Positions 49,351-59,512 of a DNA stretch of 63,173 nucleotides are shown here, piece by piece. The position numbers were made by a program, and so were the translations under genes. A model generated the notes under the pieces. It had not been told where the DNA came from. It saw only the letters and a program-made list of their open reading frames with translations, and searched no databases. This DNA is from Pseudomonadota bacterium (GTDB lineage: Bacteria; Pseudomonadota; Alphaproteobacteria; Sphingomonadales; Sphingomonadaceae): contig JBCBKF010000001.1 of assembly GCA_038522255.1 (NCBI GenBank), positions 1 through 63,173 on the forward strand, written 5' to 3'. Within the stretch, counting starts at the first letter, position 1. Each line of letters begins with the position of its first letter.

Positions 49351-50541
49351 TCACAGCCCCAGGATCGACTTGAGCACCACCTGCGCGTAAATGGTCGCCA
49401 TCCAATCGCTCGGGTGATTCATCCCGTTGCTCGAAATGTCGTACATCGTCTTTCGCTTGAGGATGTAATCCCAGGTCGGCGACGTCATGTTGGCAACCAA
49501 GACGCCCGGGGTGTCGTTGGCGATTTGACTGATCGCGCCGTAGTACCACACGAAGCAATCCCAGTTCTGCGGCGACAACTCGGGGTTGCTGGGCCAACTC
49601 GAAACCAGCACGATTTCCACATCTGGATTTACGCTTCGCGCAGCCGCAATCATCCCGCGCAGGCTTGTGGTAAAGCTGTCTTGGCTGGTGCGCAGACCCG
49701 AGTCATTCATGCCAAAGGCGATCACAACCAGATCTGAAGGGGTATCAGCGAGGTCGGATGGCGCGACGTATGCACCCCAACCAGCCGTTGATCCCGCTAG
49801 AGATTTATTGCGGAAATAGACCTGATTTGGATAGAGCGATTGCAGGTGTGAGGCTGTCAGTTCCGCGTACCCATGCTGGTGCGGGTTGGCGTTGAGCGCC
49901 CATGTGGACGTGCTGCCGTAGGTGATGCTGTCCCCGATATACGTGATCGCCACCTTCTGACCAGAATTGAGCTTCGCCAGAGTCTTTTGAGCGCCGGCAC
50001 TGCCCAAGAAGGTTCCGGTGTAGGCCTTCCCTTCATACGTCACGGCGATCTGGTGGTACTGGTAATCATCGGACACGCGGATAGGTGATCCATCGGCACG
50101 TACGGGGCTGTTCGTCATGCCATCTGGCGGCGTACTCGTCCAGTTTGTGGGAACAGTTGGAATTTGTGAGTTGGCCGGGATGATGAGATGCCCGTTGGAC
50201 ACTAGATAATCCGTGCCCGGCGTATAGGTCTGCTCGGTTTGCCGGTTGCGAACACTGACAACAATTACGACATCGCGCAGCAGGGTGTAATCACTCTTTC
50301 CAGTGATTGGCAACACAGATTCATCTCGCACGATCTGGTCGGACCAGAACCATCCGCCGAGGTTAATTGGTTCGGCGGCTTGGAATTTCGTGTAATCAAA
50401 GGATAAGACTGCCGCGGCTTTGGTGGGAGCGGGTGGCGTTGCCGTGGTTGTGGCGCCTGTGGAGCCGCCATCGCCGCCGCCACAGCCTGCACAGGTCATC
50501 AAAAGCACCCCGAGCAGGGATGCGGCGATTCCGCGCGCCAT
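49351..50541 (-). CDS. SGNH/GDSL hydrolase lipoprotein (moron)
   Basis: Lipobox CAGC after a hydrophobic signal; GDSIT, LAGS, FGMND and NHPS blocks. Confidence 0.85.
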   Translation of the reverse strand: MARGIAASLLGVLLMTCAGCGGGDGGSTGATTTATPPAPTKAAAVLSFDYTKFQAAEPINLGGWFWSDQIVRDESVLPITGKSDYTLLRDVVIVVSVRNRQTEQTYTPGTDYLVSNGHLIIPANSQIPTVPTNWTSTPPDGMTNSPVRADGSPIRVSDDYQYHQIAVTYEGKAYTGTFLGSAGAQKTLAKLNSGQKVAITYIGDSITYGSTSTWALNANPHQHGYAELTASHLQSLYPNQVYFRNKSLAGSTAGWGAYVAPSDLADTPSDLVVIAFGMNDSGLRTSQDSFTTSLRGMIAAARSVNPDVEIVLVSSWPSNPELSPQNWDCFVWYYGAISQIANDTPGVLVANMTSPTWDYILKRKTMYDISSNGMNHPSDWMATIYAQVVLKSILGL

Positions 50542-50585
50542 GTTTTTCGTCGCCTTCTTGTTCTTGGAGAAGGCGATGATACCCG

Positions 50586-50864
50586 CTAAGGCTGCGAGGG
50601 AGAATCCAAGTCGATGATGGCGCCAACCTCGCGCATGCGATTGAGGATGCGATTGAGCGTCTCGGCGTCCAGTTCCAGACGGGCCATGGCGAAGAACAAC
50701 ATCGGCATGCTCATGTCGCGCCCGTTGCTCTTGGTTTCCGAAAGATAGCGGCGCCACTGCCGGCCGTTGGCCAGACAGAACAGATCGGCCATCTCGCCGC
50801 TGCTCTTGCCCAGTTCGTTTTTCAAGCGCTCCAGATCCTCCGGAGTCGGGGCTATGTAGTGCAC
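50586..50864 (-). CDS. KorC/XRE-like HTH regulator
   Basis: PTPEDLERLKNELG...MADLF...RQWRRY; AAGGA RBS before GTG. Confidence 0.75.
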   Translation of the reverse strand: MHYIAPTPEDLERLKNELGKSSGEMADLFCLANGRQWRRYLSETKSNGRDMSMPMLFFAMARLELDAETLNRILNRMREVGAIIDLDSPSQP

Positions 50865-50966
50865 GTGATTCCTTGATGGCGCGAAAAAGCGCACGAAGAA
50901 AGTTCTTCATGTTGGCGTTCCTTTCGGAGTGTCGAACCGCGCGGAATGCGTAGCTCAGTGCGTTGA

Positions 50967-50995
50967 ATCATAGTACCCAATGGGTACGTCGTCAA
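50967..50995 (-). promoter_or_regulatory. Moron promoter with a palindromic operator in the spacer
   Basis: TTGACG-N17-TATGAT; GTACCCA-A-TGGGTAC 50973-50987. Confidence 0.75.
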
Positions 50996-51008
50996 GAACA
51001 ACACAACC

Positions 51009-51035
51009 AACCGCCTCCGGGCGGTTTTTCTTTTT
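51009..51035 (+). terminator. Rho-independent terminator
   Basis: AACCGCC-TCCG-GGCGGTT then a T tract. Confidence 0.7.
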
Positions 51036-51049
51036 CCGGGGGCATCTCC

Positions 51050-51346
51050 ATGGATTTCACGACGGCTGCTGGCATTGGCGGCGCTGCAGCGACTGGTGTT
51101 TTGGCAGTGTTGGGCTGGGTGCTCAAGCGCTCGGTCGGGCAGATGGACCAGAAGCTGAGGGAGCACGACGAGGCGCTGCAGCGCCGATCCGACGAGCTAT
51201 CTGCGTACAAGCTCCACGTCGCTGAGCATTACGTGACAACGAACGAGTTGAGCAAGGCGATTGATGCATTGAACGAGACGATCAAAGCGGTCTTTCAGCG
51301 TTTTGATCGTCTCGAATCAAAGCTCGACAACAAGGCGGACAAATGA
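51050..51346 (+). CDS. Single-TM coiled-coil lysis protein (holin/antiholin-like)
   Basis: N-terminal TM plus RLESKLD coil; overlaps the endolysin start. Confidence 0.6.
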   Translation: MDFTTAAGIGGAAATGVLAVLGWVLKRSVGQMDQKLREHDEALQRRSDELSAYKLHVAEHYVTTNELSKAIDALNETIKAVFQRFDRLESKLDNKADK

Positions 51347-51792
51347 CCAGAACAGTCGGCCTCAACGGCCTCGCCCTCATCAAAGAATCGGAGGGTCTGC
51401 GCCTGTCGACCTACCTCGATGCCGTCGGCAAATCGACCATCGGCTACGGCCACCTGATCCGCCCGGGCGAGATGTTCAACGGACCGATCTCGCTACAGCA
51501 GGCTGAATCGCTTCTGCGCAACGATCTGCACGATACCGAGCAGGGCATCGCCAGCGCGGTGCGCGTACCGCTCACACAGAACCAATTCGACGCGCTCGCC
51601 TCGTTCGTCTTCAACCTGGGGGCAGGGCGGCTGCGCTCGTCGACCCTGCTGCGCAAGCTCAACGCGGGCGACTACGCCGGCGCGGCCAACCAGTTCCTGC
51701 TGTGGGACAAGGCCGGCGGCAAGCCACTCAAGGGCCTGACGAAGCGTCGCCAGGCCGAACGCAAGCTGTTCCTGACACCGGACCAAGCATGA
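51343..51792 (+). CDS. Endolysin, GH24 lysozyme
   Basis: EGLRL...YLDAVG...TIGYG (E-D-T), QFDALASFVFNLG, GLTKRRQAE. Confidence 0.95.
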   Translation: MTRTVGLNGLALIKESEGLRLSTYLDAVGKSTIGYGHLIRPGEMFNGPISLQQAESLLRNDLHDTEQGIASAVRVPLTQNQFDALASFVFNLGAGRLRSSTLLRKLNAGDYAGAANQFLLWDKAGGKPLKGLTKRRQAERKLFLTPDQA

Positions 51793-52352
51793 CCGCACCC
51801 GATAAAGAACACGAGTATGCGCATTCTTTGAAAGAGGATGTTTTTTATCCAGATCATTCGCCGCGCACGGAGTCGGCCACCTTCCGGGCCACGAAGCACG
51901 CGGGCCACGCCGCAAAACTGCCGTGTGCAATCTCCGGCGCGACAGAAGAGGTCGAGTACCACCACGTCTTTGTCGAAGAGGCATTCATGAATGCCGTCGA
52001 CTGGAAGATGGTCAAGGAAGTGGCAACTGGCAAGCGGAAGTTCCTGCCCGTCCTTGACCTGAGCACCGACAAGCCGACCGCCGAGTTCTGGCCGGTCGAA
52101 CAGTCGTTGCTGTGGGTGGTGATTCAACTCACGCGCGCCCGCGGCTTCGACTGGGATGCATTCAATCCGGACAAACCTGAGACGTTCGTCGATAGCCCGG
52201 CAAACATGCTGATCCTGCACAAGAAGTTCCACCGCGGGCCGCAGCACGGCATTCACGCCGAGTCGATGCCGATCTGGTCGTTCCAGCTGTGGCCGCGCAT
52301 GCCAGGCTTCATCTACTCGCCTGACGAATTGAAGGCCGCCCACAAGGATTAA
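51789..52352 (+). CDS. His-rich HNH-like hypothetical protein inside the lysis cassette
   Basis: CAISG...EYHH...NMLILHKKFHRG...GIH; ATGA overlap with the endolysin. Confidence 0.6.
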   Translation: MTAPDKEHEYAHSLKEDVFYPDHSPRTESATFRATKHAGHAAKLPCAISGATEEVEYHHVFVEEAFMNAVDWKMVKEVATGKRKFLPVLDLSTDKPTAEFWPVEQSLLWVVIQLTRARGFDWDAFNPDKPETFVDSPANMLILHKKFHRGPQHGIHAESMPIWSFQLWPRMPGFIYSPDELKAAHKD

Positions 52353-52354
52353 CC

Positions 52355-52624
52355 ATGTTCGCAACCATCAAGCGCCTTATTTCCGACTGCCTGACGGGGC
52401 CGAATGGTGACTTTGATCCAGCGCGCGTCGTCGGGTACGGAATCACGATGGCCGGCGGCGTCGAATTCCTGGTGCTGACCGCATACACGACGCTGCGAAC
52501 CGGCGCTTTTGATGGCGCGCAGTTCGCCATTGGCCTGACTGGCGTAGGCGGCGCGCTCGCTGCTTCAGCGGCCGGCGTGTGGCTCAAGAAATCCACCGAA
52601 GTCCCGCCGAAGGAGGGCGCATGA
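52355..52624 (+). CDS. Holin-like two-TM protein
   Basis: Two hydrophobic segments and a charged C-tail. Confidence 0.65.
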   Translation: MFATIKRLISDCLTGPNGDFDPARVVGYGITMAGGVEFLVLTAYTTLRTGAFDGAQFAIGLTGVGGALAASAAGVWLKKSTEVPPKEGA

Positions 52625-53136
52625 GCTTCCTAGACCCCCGATTCTGGCTTGCGGCCATCGTCGGCCTAGCGCTCACGTTCGGCGCAGGCTTCGTCTCCGG
52701 CGATCTGCATCGCATCAAGGTCGAGAAGGCCGAAGCTGCAAAGGCCGCGGTGGCCGTGGCCAAGGTCGAGACCAAACAGGCCGAAGTCACGGCCCAGGTG
52801 GCCGACCAGGCCGCTCAAGTCCAGACCAAGATTCAGACCGTCTTCAAAGACCGGATCATCTACCGCGACCGCGAGGTTCCCCATGAAGTCATTGTTCACG
52901 ATGACGCTGCTTGCCGCATCCCTGGCCGCTTTGTCGGCATGTGGAACAGCGCCAATCGCGCCGAAGTTCCCACAACCGCCAGCCTCACTGATGAAGCCCC
53001 CAGTGGAGTTGTCCTCTCTGACGTTGAAGCCCAGCACGAGCGCGAAGCTGAAGCCTTCCACGCAAACGCCGAGCAACTGAAGGCGCTGCAGGACTGGGTT
53101 CAGAAGCAGGCTGCTACGGCCGGGGGCGCGCAATGA
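52621..53136 (+). CDS. Rz: Inner-membrane spanin
   Basis: N-terminal TM and coiled coil; contains a nested lipoprotein ORF. Confidence 0.8.
   Translation: MSFLDPRFWLAAIVGLALTFGAGFVSGDLHRIKVEKAEAAKAAVAVAKVETKQAEVTAQVADQAAQVQTKIQTVFKDRIIYRDREVPHEVIVHDDAACRIPGRFVGMWNSANRAEVPTTASLTDEAPSGVVLSDVEAQHEREAEAFHANAEQLKALQDWVQKQAATAGGAQ
52883..53080 (+). CDS. Rz1: Outer-membrane spanin lipoprotein nested in Rz
   Basis: Lipobox LSAC, Pro-rich PQPPASLMKPP, +1 frame. Confidence 0.8.
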   Translation: MKSLFTMTLLAASLAALSACGTAPIAPKFPQPPASLMKPPVELSSLTLKPSTSAKLKPSTQTPSN

Positions 53137-53435
53137 TCATTTTCCGCTACATCGGCAACATCGTCGTCGGGCTGTACAACCTGCTCGGCGCCGTGCTGTT
53201 CATCTATCGCCCGAACGGCGATGGCTGGTTTCACAGCGTGATGTATTGCGTCGACTGCACGGGCAATGCACTGGCCGGCGGCGATCCGTTGGAAACGATT
53301 TCGTCGCGCGCCGGCAAGGCCCAGAAAGCGGGGCGGCGCTGGGCGTGTGTCCTGTGCCGACTGCTTGATCTCGTCCAGAAAGATCACTGCGCGCTGTCCA
53401 TCAATTCCGGCAAGAGCGCCACTCTCCCGAATTGA
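53133..53435 (+). CDS. Hypothetical phage protein
   Basis: GDPLETISSRAGK...LCRLLD...DHC motif. Confidence 0.7.
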   Translation: MIIFRYIGNIVVGLYNLLGAVLFIYRPNGDGWFHSVMYCVDCTGNALAGGDPLETISSRAGKAQKAGRRWACVLCRLLDLVQKDHCALSINSGKSATLPN

Positions 53436-53438
53436 TCC

Positions 53439-53633
53439 ATGGCCAAGAAGAAGCAACCCGAATACCCGCAATGCGGAGCCTGCGCGTATTTCTTCGCGGA
53501 AGACGGCAAGTGCCGTCGCCATCCTCCGGTCATCGTCGGCATCGACGCCGACTACCAACCCATTCAGGCGTTCCCTGTGCGAGAGGCTGAGTCCATCGCA
53601 TGTGGTGAATTCCGCCAACGTCTCAATAGCTGA
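53439..53633 (+). CDS. Small Cys-rich protein
   Basis: CGACAYF...CRRHPP...FP...CGEF. Confidence 0.7.
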   Translation: MAKKKQPEYPQCGACAYFFAEDGKCRRHPPVIVGIDADYQPIQAFPVREAESIACGEFRQRLNS

Positions 53634-53634
53634 C

Positions 53635-54555
53635 ATGAACCGATCCGACCTGATTCAGCAGTATGGAAGCATCCGGGCTGCTGCGCGCGGCATGGGCATG
53701 GCGGAATCGACGCTGCGAGGCAGGATAGGGAAGGGCGAGCCGGTCGGCGAACGCGTCTCCCGCCCGGGTGCCCCAGCCCTGACGCTTTCCGAGCGCAAGG
53801 ACGTGACCCAGTACCAGATCGACAACGGTTCAATCATCGTCGGCTCGGACGCCCACTATTCGCCCGGACGGCTGACCGTTGCGCACAAGGCATTCTGCAA
53901 TGTCATCGCCGAATACCGACCGGAACTGCAGGCCGTCATCCTGAACGGCGACCTATTGGACGGCGCGCGAATCAGCCGTCACGGTCGGATCGGTTGGCAG
54001 AAGTCGTATTCCGTCAAGGAAGAGCTGGCGGCGGTGCAGGAGCGCCTTGGCGAGATTGAGAAAGCGGCCATTGGGCTCAAGCTGCTGCGTACCACCGGGA
54101 ATCATGATCTTCGATTCGATACGCGCCTTGCTGCCTTGGCGCCCGAGTATGAAGGAGTCGCCGGCTTCGCGCTGGCCGACCATCTGCCAGGCTGGCACGA
54201 CTCCTATCGCATCGACATCAACGACGACACGAAGGTGATTCACGCCGTCGCCAACGGAATGCATGCCGCCTACAACAACGTGGTGAAGGGCGCCGGCTTC
54301 CACGTGGTGACCGGCCACACGCACCGACTGCAGGCCGTCCAGTTCCGGGGCTTCGGCAAGCTGCGCTACGGCATCGAAACCGGCATGCTGGCCGATCCTG
54401 AGCAGGATGAGTTCCACTATCTGACCGGGCGTAACGCCAACTGGCAATCGGGCTTTGCCGTGCTGACGTGGCGCGATGGGGAAATGCTCTATCCCGAGTT
54501 CTGCGCCGTGCGGGATGATGGCCGGGCCTATTTTCGCGGCAAGAGAGTAGCGTAG
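53635..54555 (+). CDS. HTH-fused calcineurin-like metallophosphoesterase
   Basis: GSIRAAARGMGMAESTL HTH; SDAH, NGDLLD, GNHD, GHTH. Confidence 0.88.
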   Translation: MNRSDLIQQYGSIRAAARGMGMAESTLRGRIGKGEPVGERVSRPGAPALTLSERKDVTQYQIDNGSIIVGSDAHYSPGRLTVAHKAFCNVIAEYRPELQAVILNGDLLDGARISRHGRIGWQKSYSVKEELAAVQERLGEIEKAAIGLKLLRTTGNHDLRFDTRLAALAPEYEGVAGFALADHLPGWHDSYRIDINDDTKVIHAVANGMHAAYNNVVKGAGFHVVTGHTHRLQAVQFRGFGKLRYGIETGMLADPEQDEFHYLTGRNANWQSGFAVLTWRDGEMLYPEFCAVRDDGRAYFRGKRVA

Positions 54556-55548
54556 CTCCTAGGTCGGCACCTCAAGCCGGAACTCCGCATAGATGGCGCC
54601 CTGAATTTCCCGCATGGTATCTGGCGTGTTTGGCCGCCCGACAAACTTCGTCAGGCGCGCTACAAGCACGCGCTTGATGGCGATCTTCTGCCGACGCAGG
54701 CTCATGCGGGCGATCTTGGATGAGAAGACGGAGCGCTTCATTCCGCGTACACCCCCTTGATGATCCACCCGAGCGAGAACAAGCGGTCTTGCGCAGTCCC
54801 TTGATAGCCCTCTTTGATCGCTCGGGCCATCACCCGCGACAATACCTCGGCCTCATTCCTGCCGGCGTACTCAGGCAGCGCGACAAGTATCTCGCCCTCG
54901 GCACCGAACGGCATGTAAGCGACAGGCTTCCGCTTTTCATGGCCATACCCCGGAGGTAGTCGCAGGGGCACCAAAGGCGCTAGCTGCGCACTAAAGCGGC
55001 CATTCTCAAAGCTCACGGCTTGAACGAGATACCTCAGTCCATCCACCTCAATGGGCTTCCTTTCCTCAAACCATTCTCGATACTTGAGAAAATCGGCAGC
55101 AGCGATGGACGAGACGGTCTTTCCGACGCCGCACAACCAATCCAGTTTGACGATGAGGCGCTCGCGGTAAGCCTGATCGGCCTCGCCATCCTGCCGCAGC
55201 AGTTCGACCCTCTCAAGAGCACCGATGGAATCCAGGCCATAGCCGCCTAGATGCATGACAGCATATCGCGCATCACTGAATCGCTCTTCCATCATCACTC
55301 CTTCCCCGGTCCACGCCCAGAAAATCGCGTTCCCTCCGCGACAACAGATCCCTCCGGATCGACGTACACGCGGCCATAGCTGCAAAGCTCGCCATTGACC
55401 GTCACAGTGCGCGCCCCTTGGACGTGAATGCCGTGGGCAACGAGATAGGCATAAATCGCCGTAGCAACCTCGTCGCCGGTCAGCTCAATGCTGACGCCTG
55501 GGCCGAACTGGGTCTTGCCTTCGCCGTAATTGACTTCCATCCTCCCTC

Positions 55549-55914
55549 CTAGCCAGCCGATCCAGGCTGCGCGTCCATTTCCGGCACTTCGTCGCCAAAT
55601 TCGTCACGCACTACAGCCCGCATGGCGGCTATCAACTGCGTATCCCCACCAATCCAGTCATTCTCAAGATACGGTGAGAAAGTTTCGGTCGCATGCCACT
55701 TCCACCGCCCAATCGCCACATTGTTGGTTGCGGTAATCCCCCTTCGCTCGCTGATCGGGCCTCCTTGCGCCCAATCGACTGACGGACTGTAGATAAAGTC
55801 GGCGCCCCTACTGCGATAGAAGCAATACTTGCCTCGAACAAAAACGCCATCGACCTCTTGCGCCCGCGCCACCCAGTAGTCCAGCAACGCCCCTTCCAGT
55901 TCCGCGACTTTCAC
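55549..55914 (-). CDS. NinX/DUF2591-like protein
   Basis: LEGALLDYWVA, YSPSVDWAQGGPI, LIAAMRA. Confidence 0.8.
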   Translation of the reverse strand: MKVAELEGALLDYWVARAQEVDGVFVRGKYCFYRSRGADFIYSPSVDWAQGGPISERRGITATNNVAIGRWKWHATETFSPYLENDWIGGDTQLIAAMRAVVRDEFGDEVPEMDAQPGSAG

Positions 55915-57096
55915 ACACCCTCCATCGGTTCAAACGAAAAATACTCGCCGCTGAACGAGCCGCGCCGATAGCCTGTTAGTTTCACAAGCCGGTAGCCTGT
56001 GGGCGAGCCCAGCGCTACCGTGCATCCCACTTTGACGCCATCGTTGAAGTGGGGGTAGACCAACTGCAGCACGTTCGTTTTGCGGTCCACCCAGTAGTCG
56101 TCTGGATGAGCGGCTTTCACACCGTCGGCGCGCAGCTTCGCGATCCAGGCGTCTTCCGCAACTTGGGCGTCTCGACATATCGTAGCCCACCGAGCCAGAA
56201 ATGTGGCATCGCTTCCGGAGACGAGCCCGATCATGTCTTGCGGCTTCATTTCCGCTCCGTACCCGTTTCTGCGCGCCGCATGCCGAAAACGGCCATCAGT
56301 GCGTCCATCGTAGCCACCGCGCGGCGCCCAGTGTGCTGCATGCACACGTCGGTCGGCGCATTCCTGAACATGTAGCAGTGGCCGCCGTCCGGGTTCTTCT
56401 TGTGATCGCAGGTCGAGCAATTGTTCGGGTTCATCGTGATTGCCTGATTATCCTCGTCTGGATCGCCAGGTATAAATGCCGCCGCGCTCGTCTCCAGAAT
56501 CCTCGTCAGTGCTGCTGCATCAACCATTGCTGTTGCCATCCCTCCCCGTCATCGCGGGCGGTTGTGTTACCTGATGCGCAATGATCGGCTCGCCCATGAA
56601 CGTCGGCGGCGGCGGATTCACCTTGTCCCACTCGGCTTTGTATTTGTCCAGCAGGGCACACGCCGCGTCGAAATAGCCGTTAGGGTCTATCAGAGCGCAT
56701 TCAAGCATCAAGGCCAAGCGACCCGCATAGTGCTCATCGATGGCGCGGGCGCGCTGGCATAGCGTGCCGCAGTTGCATTCATGCCCGCACTTCGGATACA
56801 TCGCATCAAATCGGCTCATGGTTCAAACCCTTGATTCTTGGCGCTTCCTTCAGAATATCGATCCCAATCGCCGCGTATCTCGTGGTATCTAGGGAGAAGA
56901 CACTTAGCCAGTTCCGGATGGTCTAGCGCCCAAACAATCATCTGATGGACCTCAAGCGACACATTGTGTGCTACAGCTTGAATTGAGCTACCAGTTGAAG
57001 TTTTTGCCTTGTAATCGACGGTGATGGATATTTTCATGATTCGCTCGCATCCTGATGATCGACAAAATCCACCGCAGCTATTGCATTGTTTTTGGC

Positions 57097-57549
57097 TCAC
57101 TTGCTCTCTCCAAGGGCTGCGGCTGCGCGGACATCGAACAGATCGCCGATGGCTTTGCGTTCGCGTCGCGTGCGTTGTGCGTTCTCCGCGTGGTGCTTGG
57201 TGTCATACCGTAGGTGGCATCGCTGGCACCAGGCGCGCAGATTCGCCGGGTCGCAGTTCTCCGGCGTGTGGTCGAGATGTGCTATGGTCAACACGATCTT
57301 GACGCCATCCTGATTGCACTCGTAGTCGGACATACGCCATTGGCCCAGGTATGCGCCGGTATCGGCATCAAACACCTTTGCTTCGTGGGTCATGTAGGTG
57401 TCGGCATCCTTTCCGGTGCCGCGCGCGATGATGTCGCCATTCTCGGCAAAGCACTGTTCGCATCGATTGTCAGCACGCGCCAAGATCGATGCCCTGATCT
57501 CTTTCCAGTTGGCCGGATAGCGGCCGCGATTCTCAGGCTTGATCGGCAT
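57097..57549 (-). CDS. HNH-like protein
   Basis: YPANW...CEQC...VLTIAHLDH...NLRAWCQRCH. Confidence 0.8.
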   Translation of the reverse strand: MPIKPENRGRYPANWKEIRASILARADNRCEQCFAENGDIIARGTGKDADTYMTHEAKVFDADTGAYLGQWRMSDYECNQDGVKIVLTIAHLDHTPENCDPANLRAWCQRCHLRYDTKHHAENAQRTRRERKAIGDLFDVRAAAALGESK

Positions 57550-59041
57550 CGCTCCGCTCCTGCTGCTGCGTGGGGGCGGCGGCTCTCTTCAAGATATGTC
57601 GCTCCCTTACACCAAACGGGTCGAAGATGCCGCCGTCTTCCGCCTCAATCCATGCGACAGCGACGTGATCGATCTGCGGCATGCCGCGCTCAGTGACCCC
57701 CGTTAGAATGCCGGCCCCTAGAGGACTGTCTTTCACGCGGTCGCCGATGGCTACTGTGCTCATGATTGTTTCCCCTTCACGCCCGCCCGCTGGCCGGACT
57801 GGGCGGCGATGCGGGTGCGGCAATCCGATAGCGTGTTTCCTACCTTGCGCAACAGTTTTGCTACTGCCGGCTGCTTGGCATCGGCGTGGTGCGCAACTTC
57901 GTCCAGCGCGCCGATGTTGTTGTCAATCATCGACAAGAGCGTCGAGTCGCACCCACTCTTTGCGGGTTCGGACTGAGGTTTCGCTAGCTGGTCGGCGCGA
58001 GCATCAACCCAGCACTCCCAATACTGCTGAGATGGAGTGTCTGTGTATTCGCCGCTTGGGAATTTTGTGATGGCGAATCCTTTCCCTTTGGGCCATACCT
58101 CAAACGCTGCGCGTTCTTCTGCGTAAGCTTCGAGACGATGGATAGATCGGTATGCCTTGTTGAATTCGTCTTGCATTTTCTTTACCCCGTCATCAGACCC
58201 TTGCATCAGGCGCGGTATGAAATAAGGCGTGCACTTATCGTTCATCGCTGGCCCACCTTGGGTAGCAACGCGTCTGCATGCGCCCACAATTCCGGCAATG
58301 ACCCAAAGCGGCACATGGCGAAAGTCCATTGGTAAACGTCCCTAATGAACCAATGGTCGTTTCCTGTGCCCCTAAATGCCACTACTACCCCTCGCTCAAA
58401 ATCCCTCTCGGTTGGATAGGTGAACTGGGTACGATGCCATACCGCGCGCTCATCCCCCACCGGCTCGGCCTGCTGCTGGGCGGCTGGCATGTGGGTATGC
58501 TTGGCTTTAGCAATATCCGACCAATACTGAACAGCCACTCGCAATTCACTGATTTGCTCGTACAGATCAGCAACTAACTCTTCGCTCGGCTCGGCCACTG
58601 TCGCGGAACGCGAGAGGATGGATGCAAGCTCCTCAATCACAGCTCGCATGGCCGTTACATCATTCATCCGGCCTTCGTGATCGCGCGCCCATGCGGGAAC
58701 GCCATCACTCCATTGGCCGCGCTCGGTAAGGTGCCTCCACTCAGCGTAACGCTTGGCATCGCTCAACCCCTGCGCTGCCGGGAGGGAGGGGTGGGTGAGT
58801 GGTACAGAGTAGGCGCGCACCGAAGATGCTGAGGCGCCGCCATCTTTCACTGCTTGGGCCTTTTGGACCGCAGAAATTACGCGCGACGCATCTTCCTCGT
58901 GCATCCACGCCACCGGCCCCGCATCAGCATGCGCGCGGAGCGCGGAAATAATGTGCTCCACGATCCAAGGCATCAACGCGTCGCCCCAGTTCACGCCTTC
59001 CGGTAGCACGTCGCACGCCTGTTCCAACGCTTCCTTTGTCG

Positions 59042-59512
59042 TCATTCCTGTTTCTCCTTCTGCTGGGCGAGGGCGGCGGGCGCTGCTGGCAGCGGAATCC
59101 AGTGGGTATATTCAAATTCCGGAGTCACCTTCCAACGCGACTCCCACTCCTTTCCTGGCAGCCACATTGCGAAATAAGTGCCTGCACTACGGCCCACGTA
59201 TGAGCACCACGGCTCACCACCACGGATGTCCCATGCGCCGTCTTCCTCATCCTCTGCAACGACTTCAAAGTGCCCGTTGCAGAGATCGTAGACAGTGCCT
59301 TCCTCAATGCGAGCAATGACAATGGTCGTCCCATCCTTCGGCGCCGTCTCAATCAGCTGCCACTGAGCAAGGTGCTGGTAGCAGGCGAGCCAGCCCTGCC
59401 AAGCCTCGTGCGTAATTGCGGACACATACCAGCCACAATTGCCCTTCGCCAAGTTCCAGTTCTTCTGTTTGGCGACTTGCTCGAATGCTTCCCGAATCTG
59501 CTTCTCGTCCAT
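59042..59512 (-). CDS. DUF551-like protein
   Basis: WQLIETAPKDG...THWIPLP. Confidence 0.75.
   Translation of the reverse strand: MDEKQIREAFEQVAKQKNWNLAKGNCGWYVSAITHEAWQGWLACYQHLAQWQLIETAPKDGTTIVIARIEEGTVYDLCNGHFEVVAEDEEDGAWDIRGGEPWCSYVGRSAGTYFAMWLPGKEWESRWKVTPEFEYTHWIPLPAAPAALAQQKEKQE

Noticed and set aside
50542-50910. 123-aa N-terminal extension of the 519-aa ORF as part of the SGNH protein
   Set aside because: It overlaps the HTH gene, and the lipoprotein signal only works from the ATG at 50541; the 50910 start is mentioned in findings but unproven
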